The notes beneath the pieces are model-generated. The model had not been told where the DNA came from. It saw only the letters and a list, made by a program, of their open reading frames with translations, and made no database searches. A stretch of 44,129 bases of DNA, from the NCBI GenBank assembly GCA_030770535.1, contig JASVEC010000135.1, positions 1-44,129 of the forward strand, read 5' to 3'. Below, piece after piece: positions 34,872 through 44,129 of the stretch (its first letter is position 1; each line of letters begins with the position of its first letter). The translations under genes were made by a program, and so were the position numbers. This stretch comes from Batkoa obscura (taxonomy: Eukaryota).

Positions 34872-35711
34872 ATGTCACTCCATAATACAGAGTTAGGTTT
34901 AAACACATCTGCTGAACCAGCTACTAACAATTACCTGAAATTGCCCGTTGTTTCTAATGGCCTATTACCACCAAACTCCCCTATTTCTAATACCCCTCCA
35001 TACTCTTCACCCTATCATACAAAATTACCTTCTTTAAAGGATATTGTTGGACCAACGATCCCTAGTGGAGTACCACAGCGCAGACGTGGTTCTGTATCTG
35101 AATATTATTTAAACACCCCAATAAGTTTAGCTAAAAGCTCACCAGTATCTCCTAAATCGAGTCAAAATTCTATATCGATTCCATCTACGTTTAAACCCTA
35201 CAATTCATTGATGAATGAATCTTCTTTAAATAAAAATCTTTTAACTCAACGAGGAGGAAGAAGGAACCGTAGTTTTTCGGTGGTAGAAACGACCATGTTT
35301 AATCCATTTCATGATAACTCTCGCTTATTAAAAACTAGTTCTCCTAATTTTGAGACCAACTCGAATTTAACAAGTTTAAATCAAAGCCATATTCAACTTA
35401 GCTTGTTAAATGGCCACTATCAAAAGGCTGTAAATCAAACTTTAATTCAATCATGTCATGATCCTAATGATCGATTTAATTGTCTGGAATGTAAGGCTTC
35501 GTTTTCGCGTAAAAATTCCCTTAAAAGACATCTATTCACCCATACTTCTCAACGCCCTTATGTTTGCCATGCCTGTAATAAAAGCTTTTATAGAGCGGAT
35601 ATTTATAACCGCCACTTAAAATCGAAAAGATGTCAAAGGTCAAGAGAAATCGCTAATATCATTATGAGGGATAATCTGATTTATTCGCCTACTACTATAA
35701 TCGAAGAATAA
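34872..35711 (+). CDS. C2H2 zinc-finger transcription factor with two C-terminal fingers
   Basis: CLECKASFSRKNSLKRHLFTH-TSQRPY-VCHACNKSFYRADIYNRH. Ser/Pro-rich N-terminus with PKA-type sites RRRGSV and RNRSFS. Confidence 0.9.
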   Translation: MSLHNTELGLNTSAEPATNNYLKLPVVSNGLLPPNSPISNTPPYSSPYHTKLPSLKDIVGPTIPSGVPQRRRGSVSEYYLNTPISLAKSSPVSPKSSQNSISIPSTFKPYNSLMNESSLNKNLLTQRGGRRNRSFSVVETTMFNPFHDNSRLLKTSSPNFETNSNLTSLNQSHIQLSLLNGHYQKAVNQTLIQSCHDPNDRFNCLECKASFSRKNSLKRHLFTHTSQRPYVCHACNKSFYRADIYNRHLKSKRCQRSREIANIIMRDNLIYSPTTIIEE

Positions 35712-35812
35712 TCAGATTAGATTTGGCTGTATTTTTATTATATATTGCATTTAAATTATTGCATTTTTTTTATAAAAAATAAAATTTTGTATAGTACTCA
35801 GCTTTAATGTTT

Positions 35813-35910
35813 AGGGATATTTTTCTTAACTTCATCACTTTTTCCATATCTTAAGCATTATTCGAGTGCAAAGACTATCAGTAAAATCCTCAAATAAAAA
35901 ATACATCCCC
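35813..35910 (-). mobile_element. Diverged MITE copy
   Basis: AGGGATATTTTT...AAAATACATCCCC; flanks GTTT/ATTT. Confidence 0.82.
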
Positions 35911-38730
35911 ATTTGTATTTTATATCCAATAGTACTCTATTATTATAAAAGCTCTATAACTTTCATTTTGGTGTAATATTAAATACAACTAATCTCTTTC
36001 TTTATGAAAATGATTCAAATGACACTGTATCAAAACGCTTAGACTTTACGTATCTAAATAGTGTTTGTTAAGGTCAGTAAAGGGAGCTAACTACAAATTT
36101 AAAGAAAATAAGATGTAAGTTCTCATAAATTATAGAGAGATCGAAAGTTTCTTATATATAATCCATTTGTGCTATTTAAATTTGAATAAACGAAAATTCT
36201 TTAGCCAAAAAGTATTTATATTTGGATAGACAGACCTGAAGGGGAGTGGGACCAGACGCGAAACCAAAAACAAATTTTTAGTATTGTCAAAGAAATATCT
36301 ATATAGTATGCTACTTCAACTTACTTTTATCTTTGTATTACATTTCATTTTATTGTGTATCAACCCACTGTTATGTCTATTCTAAAAAAGCAGTAGGGTT
36401 TTAGTGCAAGTTTCAATACAATAAGTTAGCCGCAACAGGGTAATAAAGTAAATAGGGGAATTCAATAAAATTAGAGTGATATAAAACGAGGTGCGGATTT
36501 TCTCAAATAAAAATTGATTAACTTTAATATATTTTTATTTATTATGATTTTATGATTTTATGACCTAAATTAATAGCTAAAAATTACAAATTTAAATGAA
36601 ATTTGTTTTTACTCGGTGCTTTGAAGCAATCAGATTGATTTAATGGGGATGTGTGTTATTAGCTTTAAAGAATAAAATATAGTCATTAAAATAATAATCT
36701 TTAGATTAAAACCAAATTTTTAAAAACAGATATTAATATATATTATTAATAAGTAAACTACTATGTGTAATATAAATCCGCTATTTTAAAAAATTAAAAG
36801 TTAAAAATTAAATTTGTTTTAAAAAATTATCAAAATAGGAATCGGATTTAAATCCGAGATGTTAAAGTACTTTATAAGCAAGCGTTAATAAAGGATCGAT
36901 CTTATTTGAATCATAATAAATTAACCTTGACTTACCATTAATTCAATAAAGAAGAAACTTCAACCTCATTTTTAAAACTACATAAACAACAGTAAGACCT
37001 TATTATTAAACAAAAGCTCTCTAAAATGAGAAGTTTACTATATTGAACATTTCCAGAACAATTATGGGCATTTATATTAAGTCTGGCTTTTTTTATAAAA
37101 TTAAAACCAATCATAGTTGTTGTCATCTAGTTAAATATTCTAGCTTGTCCTCTATTTATACTATAACTAAAAATCATGATGAGGTTATATATTTTTGACT
37201 ACACACACTATATTGTAATTATTCAACTTTTATGAATTGCGGTAAACTGTTTTAAAAATTATTATTTAGACTAAATTTGACAAAAACTTAATTCTGTAAA
37301 TTGGCGATTTTAAAAAAATTCAAATTTGAATGCCGTTATTAAAACAATTAATTTTATTAATAATAGTCTATATATATTAGAGAACTGCGTCCATTTTACA
37401 AATTCAGAATTGGACCGAATTATTTTTGTAGAATTTAATAAAGTATACCTGAAAGGATGGATAGCATAACATACCAGAGAATCAGCCCAGAATCTTAGAA
37501 ATACTTTGTAAATTTGTAAAAAGCTATAATTTTAGTTTTCCAGCTTATAATAGTCCATTCACTTATATTATGTAATATATTAATCTAAATTCGCTAAAAA
37601 CTTTATTTTTATAAAGGGCTATCCCAAAAGGGGGAAAATAGTCTTGCTGAAAGTTTTTTTGGTCGAATTATTCCTTCAACTGCTAATAATCTAATATTTT
37701 TTAACTGTTATTTACTTGTTTTTTTAGACAGTATGTGCCTGATACTTTGAACTGGTAAACGCTCTTTAGACAAGTATTTTTCAAGTATTTTCTTGAAGTA
37801 GAAAATTCGAAATTTAATCTTCCTTCTTAAAAATGTGAATTCAATTAACACAAGTATCAAAATTTAATATTTAACATTCTTTCTGAAATGATTGAACCCA
37901 ACTAAAATATTACAGAGTGCATAGTTTTTTTAAACCATATTTCTAGCAGCATGGAAAAAGAATTGAAAATGGTTCCTCTAGGACTCGCTTGATCCGTACC
38001 AAATCCCTTAGCTATTAGGCCGCGATCCTTCTTTATGCTAGTATGTTGAGTAAGGTTTCTTTAAATCGTAAAGTTATAAATAGCATATTGTAGCTATGTG
38101 ACTCTGTACATCCAATAGTAAATCTCAAAGCAATAGCTTTTAAGCCAATATAGATTAATAATTTCTTCAAGTGTTTTTTACTATATAAAGATTATAATTA
38201 TTCATTAACTTTAAAACTTGGTTATATAAACCTTATTAGTTGAAACAAAAGGGAGTTTACTCATTTGGTCATTATTAGTTTTGTTTTTGGAACTTTACAT
38301 TAATGCTCTAAACAATCCTCAATCCATTAAAATAATTATGACTTCTACCATTATTGAATTTTTCCCCGATTGGTGTATTGTGTGCCTTTAAATTAATAAG
38401 TATAGGTTAACTACTATATAGTCATATTTCGTAGTTGATGCATTGGTATGTTAAGGATGTGCATTTACTAATACAAAAACATACATACATGGTAGGTAAT
38501 CGGAGGTCTATGCTGCTGCTCAAGTTAATGCTAGTTTAAAAATAGGTCAGCATATTTTTTAACTAAATTTGATATAATAAGGCTTTATTATGATTTAGAT
38601 TTTATTTTCGTTAGTACTACCAGTAAATAGATGTATTTAAAAAGTAAAAGAAACATATAATCTATTATAAAAGGTAGACTTTTTATACTAAAGCAAACAA
38701 AAGAAAGGGGAATATCAAACAAGCTAATGT

Positions 38731-39855
38731 TTAAAACCCTTTCGAATACAAAAAATTAGAAATTCTCAAATAAAACTCAATGGTGTCTAAATTTGGACTA
38801 GGGTTTAAAAACAAAGACTTAGGCAAAGGAAGTTTTGGATTATGATGATATCTTGGATCCTGGAAACCCAAAAGTGATAAAAAAGCATAAATCCAACGAT
38901 ATCTTGATACCAAGTCAAAGTGGCTAGCTTCCACTGTTTCTACATGCTCACCCCATACTGAAGAGTTGAGTGCCACTATACCATCATTCTTTCCGGCTCT
39001 TTCTTTGATAATGCTCCATGGTAAATATAGTAAAGCGAATTTATTCATTTTTTCAATATAAGCGTTGTATGAAAAATATTTCACATCATTACAGTTCGGG
39101 GTATTAGGATTAAAAATGTTTTTACAGTAATCAGTAGTTAAATGATAGTAAGCGGGGGCATCCAGGTTAACCAGTAATTTATTAAGTAAAGGCCGGTTTG
39201 TATTTATGTCCGTATAGATTGGGTTTTCATTTTCTTTCTTCTTTCTCCCTAAATTTAAGTTTTCTTGACACCAATCCATAAATTGAGATCCATAATGTGG
39301 GGTAGATATTGTACTCAAACTCAATACTTTATATTTTTTGTTCTTTACTTTACTTATCAAATATCTACCATCTAACCCACCCATACTGTGCCCAATAATA
39401 TTAACTTCTCTATCGGACACTACCCTTTCTAAAAATAAATTTAATTGGTTCGTTCTCTCCTCAATACTCCCCGTTCTAAACTTGATTAATAAATAAAACT
39501 ATTTATAATAGTAATATTAAATCAAATTGTTAATTACCTTGGTACCTTTGCAATGATAACTTCATTCCCTAACTGTTTTAGTGATTCTGCGATCCCTTGC
39601 CAATAATTAATTTGTAAATAAGGGAAATTTTCAAATGCTATTTTATCATAACCATATAGGCCTAAAATCTGGGTTAATAACTTAACATATTTTTTATACC
39701 TACTTACCATGACATAGAACTATCGGATTCCTGCTTGCTTTATAAAATGGGGATAAAGTAAAATATGCCTTGTCAATGGTGGACAATGTTGAATTGCTTC
39801 GTATTTTGTTTAAATGATAAATAGCAGGTTTAATCCTTCTATATTTCAATTTCAT
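38731..39855 (-). CDS. Tgl2-like triacylglycerol lipase, paralog 2; 3 exons
   Basis: Motifs RNPIVLCHGLYGYDKI, YWQG, GHSMGGLDGRY, ISTPHYGS, NDGIV and C-terminal EFYLR...KGF. ATG 39855; introns 39662-39707 and 39476-39537. Confidence 0.9.
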
Positions 39856-40415
39856 TTTTCTAACTAGTAAGCAGTTATAATATTAAAAATGATTATTATT
39901 ATTAATAGTTTTATTAAATAGTAAGTAATTAAAAAAATAATATGAGTTTTTTGGATTATTAAATTGAAATTTTCTTCATTCAACAATTTGATTTGTCCTT
40001 TATTTTTTATTTCCAATCATTTTAGTTCTTCAATCTGTTAATTTTTATCCCTATTGGTCAACAGATTTTCGGCTAAAAAGTGGAGAATCTGTTTCGAAAA
40101 AATTTAATCTCAGATTTAGCTATCTACTAAGATTTTTGGGGGAGGGGGGAAATGGACCTTTGAGCAGGGTCTTTCTTCTTTCAAAATTTTCAATGACGAA
40201 TAAATTTTCAGAAAAAGTTGCTAATAAATAAATAAATAAGAAGACCTTAAATGAGCCTAGTCTAAGGCTAGACTATTCAGCCTTAATATTGATCCTGATA
40301 ATAATATTGAATTTTAATCCTTGATAATGTTTATTATAGCATTTTAGTTGAAAATCTGGGTATATCGATTGTCTGTTAAAAGTAGATAAAGAGGCTTTTA
40401 ATTTGATCACTATTT

Positions 40416-40502
40416 GGGAATGTATTTCTGTGTTTAAGAATTTTGCTAATTTTTTCGCTCAAATAGTGCTTAAAAGATGGAAAAAACAATAAAACCAAAA
40501 AA
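40416..40502 (+). mobile_element. MITE copy lacking a clean right terminus
   Basis: GGGAATGTATTTCTGTGTTTAAGAATTTTGCTAA...GCTCAAATAGTGCTTAAAAGATGGAAAAAAC. Confidence 0.78.
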
Positions 40503-40948
40503 TGGAAGTGTTTTTTTTGGTTGGAATTTTTCTTGTCTAAAAATTGCTACAAAAAAAAGACCCTCGCCTATAGTGCATTCCCATTGAAAATTTATTTATT
40601 AGCTGTTTTTATTAGGAGTTTTCAGTACTTTTTAGTTCTGGTTTAATACGAAGGAATACAAGATGAACGATAGTATAGTAGATACAATAAATGGGCGAAA
40701 GGATAGATTAATTATTAATTTATTTCTTGCATTTTGAAATGTGAGTACTAATTAGGTAGATAGATCCAACTAAACAATAAAATCAATACAAAGAATAGCT
40801 CTTATTCCTAAGAATAACAGTTGGCTATTATTTTCTTGTTTTAATCTTGATTCTTATAATAAGACCAAAGAAGCTTTAGGAGTACTTAAAAATAGTCAAA
40901 TTGTAAGCAAGTAGAAAGAAACTAATCAGAAAGCAACTATATTATTAA

Positions 40949-41450
40949 TTAAGTTTTTACTTGTGCTTTTTCCAACTTAGAGATCTCGTCCCCTTGATAG
41001 TAGCCAAAAATTGTAGAATATCTTTCCTTTGTTTCATACAAATTAATAAAACTATTCATATTTGTTTTATTTTCCTGAATCAACGGTATATCATCATTTT
41101 GAGGATCTGCTTCCTCCTTTATCCTTGATTGCCTTCTGTATATGGTAAATATGATCATAAAACCAAGGACTACCAATACTATTAATCCAAGGGTAATTCC
41201 TGTAATCAATGGTACATTAATTGTTGATGGAGTGATATCCGTGGTATTACTTAATGCTATATTTTTATTGACTGAAATTTCTGATCCTTGATTTCTTTTG
41301 TCTAGCCTTTGGATATAGTACACTGGATTGAAATTTATTTTTTGGTGTTTAGTAAGGGAGTATTTACATTGGCGTTGGCAAGTGGAATGGGATAGCTTGT
41401 TTTATTAGAGATATAATTAAGAATAAATTAATCAAACTGTGGTAGCTCAT
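40949..41450 (-). CDS. Small type-I single-pass membrane protein, apparently frameshifted just after the signal peptide
   Basis: TM segment LITGITLGLIVLVVLGFMIIFTIY followed by RRQSR. Upstream ATG 41450 encodes MSYHSLINLFLIISLI in a frame offset by 1 nt. Confidence 0.6.
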
Positions 41451-42794
41451 GCTATTTATTGAATATTTTTAAATAAAACTTTTATAAATTTAAATTTAGA
41501 GTTGTATATTTTATATATTTTATACATTTTGATATTATTAGTAATTTTTTGTTCAATAATTAATTATATAAAAATATTATTTCACTTACTATATTTAGTA
41601 AGCAATTAAACAATTCATTTATTTTTGACTATTCAATAATCAAATTACCACTTTTAATCATTATATAATTAATTGATTATTACTATTTATACGAAATGAA
41701 ATTGTCATAAGGTTTGGGAGAATTGCTAAATTCGAATTGTACAATTAGCTTATGAGAAACAATTAATTATAGATATTAAAATGATATAATTGATTGATTT
41801 TCAAAAATAGATAATATAAAACAAGAAATATGTCCATTCGGGATGCTCATCTTTTAGTAAGATATATAGTTTTTAAATGAACTTATTACAATAAATTAAT
41901 ATATTCTTACGTTTCCAAAATGATTAAATACAATGTTCATGGGAAAAAGCACTAAAAAAATATATGTGAATCATAATATGTTATAATTAATAATTAATAA
42001 CTATAGTAAAGTTAGTTTATATAGTTTTCCCTTTTTTCATACTAAAACTAGTTTTTGATTTATATTGAATTGCTAATTTATGAACAAATATTGTTACTTC
42101 ATATCAATAGATAACTTAAATATTAACACATTAAATTATTATAGTTAAAATTGACTAATTCATCAGCTCAATTAGCACTCTATTACTTACTAAAATTATA
42201 TATAGCCTTTTCTATTCATGAATCACCCAATTATTCAGTGCATAATAGAATTCAAATACAATCTCTACTCAGATAGTTATTATACAAATAGGACCTAGAA
42301 TATGTATACATTAATATAAAGTCAATATAAAAAACTAGGAAAATTTACTATAATAAAATAAAAAACTTGAAAGGATCGTTGGAAAAAAGCCCTTTTAGTA
42401 ATTCTCAAATAAATGGTATTTATAGACCATACGGGATACTAGACTATTTAATATCTAGATTTAATGGGAAGTTATGAAGAGATTGTAGAAGCAAATTACA
42501 TGAGAATAAACTTGCACGTAGATCTATTTCGTTGAGTTGATTTGAATCTCAAGTTGTATATCTATCCAAATAAAGTGGTCCAATCTATTAAGTTTTTTAT
42601 TTTGTTAGCTTTAAACGTTATTGAATAATAGAATACCAAATCGCAAATTATTTATGTTTGAAATACCTTAGAGTATATAAATACTAGTAAAATATATTTA
42701 ATAAACTACAAAACAGTAAAACAAAAATACCAATCTAAAATATAATATATATAATTAAGCTATTTTATAAAGCATAGAGTATAATAGGTGAAGT

Positions 42795-43542
42795 TCAATG
42801 ACTAACAATAGGAAAATCCCTTGTGAATATATCCATGAATTTATCCAATGGCGCTTGAAGAGTGGCGATAATGCTTTTGTATGGGAATTTAATAGCTACT
42901 CCAGGATGAGGTCTAATCATAATTAGTAAATAAAAATAAAAATGCTAATATCAATTACCTGGTTGGAACTTTCGATCGTTTATATATAAAGGATTTAGTA
43001 ATATCTTCTTTTTCATGATCAGTCAACTTTTCGATTAACTTGGGTAAGATTTCTTTTTCTTCTTTTTCCGAATGGGCAATGAAACTCTAAAAACAATTAA
43101 ATAATCTTTATATTTATATAACCTTTACCTCGACAATTGTTATAAGAATCTTATAGAATCCTTCAGAACCAACTTCAGAGTAATAATTTGGTAGCTTGCG
43201 AAGCTCCTTTTCCAGATTGCGGTGCTCATTTAAATTCTGAATATATGTGTATTCCCCAAGTTTATCTTTTATTACTGGATATACTGTTAATTCCTCAGCA
43301 ATGTTATGAACCGAAACTAAAAGATCACATTAGTTATTGATGTTTTTGTCTACATAAAAATTACTTTGGCGTATTATTTCGTTGCTCAACTTTATTTTAT
43401 GACATTCCAAAGACAGCTTTAGAAACTCTTCAAATAAATATTTTATTAAATTGTGATCTTTCTTTATTGAAGTTATGAGATTTTCATCCAAAGTATGCGA
43501 AAATCTACTTAAATTTAATATTAAACTTTCTTGACTTGACAT
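42795..43542 (-). CDS. Hemerythrin/HHE cation-binding domain protein, 203 aa; 4 exons
   Basis: Spliced product has DH, ISVHNIAEELTVYP, NEH, AHSEKEEKEILP and PTRPHP. Introns 43317-43364, 43087-43128 and 42913-42958 all preserve frame; TGA 42795-42797. Confidence 0.88.
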
Positions 43543-43841
43543 TTTAAAGACATCAAGCTTTGGATACTACTTGCTTTATTATATATGATTTTAAGTTATT
43601 TGGTAATAATTTGCTAATTCTTTAATAAACTACAAAAAAAGGATTCTTCCTAGCTTATGCATTAAAAATAGGAATATTTTATCAAGGTTTAAAACATTGA
43701 ATTATAATTACAATCTAAATACTTTCTTAAGTAGCCTATTAACCGCCAGAACTTCAACCCAAAAATGCATTCCAGATTATCACCAATTCTTTTTGAAATG
43801 TATTATATATCTTGAGCAGTAGCTTGAGAAATTATATATAT

Positions 43842-43942
43842 GAAGATGTATTTTTATGTTTAAATTTTACTTTCCCATTTTTTAAGTACTATTTGAGTGG
43901 AAAGACTGTTAGTAAAATTCTTAAACAAAAAAATACATCCCC
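43842..43942 (-). mobile_element. ~100-bp MITE copy
   Basis: GAAGATGT...AAAATACATCCCC; TSD ATAT. Confidence 0.87.
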
Positions 43943-44129
43943 ATATCATGAACAATATGTGGGAAATATTGGTAATAAATCTGCAAAACTTTTAGAAAAA
44001 AAAGTTCAAAAATTACCACTTTAACTATAGCTAAATATAAAACAATATTTTATTTTATTAAATGCATTAGGAATATTGTAATATTGTACAGTAATATATA
44101 AAATATTTTATTTTTATACTCTGTAATAA

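Noticed and set aside
9599..37126. Isolated short AT-rich ORFs (9599-9877, 30563-30802, 36938-37126)
   Set aside because: Low-complexity Ile/Lys/Phe/Asn composition typical of chance ORFs; no motifs or splice support.
37440..38170. Possible decayed spliced gene on the minus strand
   Set aside because: Patches of coding-like composition, but stops in the frames examined and no recognisable motif; cannot support.
9896..43942. Recurring ~100-bp repeats as a CRISPR-like or structural ncRNA array
   Set aside because: Copies are dispersed in both orientations, with terminal inverted repeats and TSDs and no regular spacers; they are MITEs.
1..44129. tRNA, rRNA or snRNA genes
   Set aside because: No T-loop/cloverleaf or rRNA signature noticed by eye; a tRNAscan/Infernal run would be needed to exclude them.

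Overview
AT-rich eukaryotic DNA with short GT-AG introns (about 42-105 nt) and fungal-type genes. The gene content (trypsin, S28 peptidase, RNI-like LRR protein) suggests an early-diverging fungus such as Entomophthoromycotina; this is inference. Genes in order: 3' end of an unidentified gene, frameshifted LRR protein, S28 serine peptidase, PTC7 phosphatase, ABHD4/5-type hydrolase, Tgl2-like lipase, mitochondrial FAD/folate carrier, eIF2B-delta, ceramide synthase, DDD transposase, a ~1080-aa secreted protein built from 17 six-cysteine modules, an apparently decaying DHA2 MFS transporter, trypsin, C2H2 transcription factor, a second Tgl2-like lipase, a frameshifted single-pass membrane protein and a 4-exon hemerythrin/HHE protein. 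The main non-gene structure is an intact 2464-bp Sola2-like DNA transposon (21348-23811; 22-bp imperfect TIRs, GTAT target duplication). A family of ~100-bp MITEs accompanies it: 12 full-length and 3 partial copies, mostly with 4-bp target duplications, one nested inside another. Both MITE ends align to the corresponding ends of the autonomous element. MITE strand is given relative to the autonomous element.
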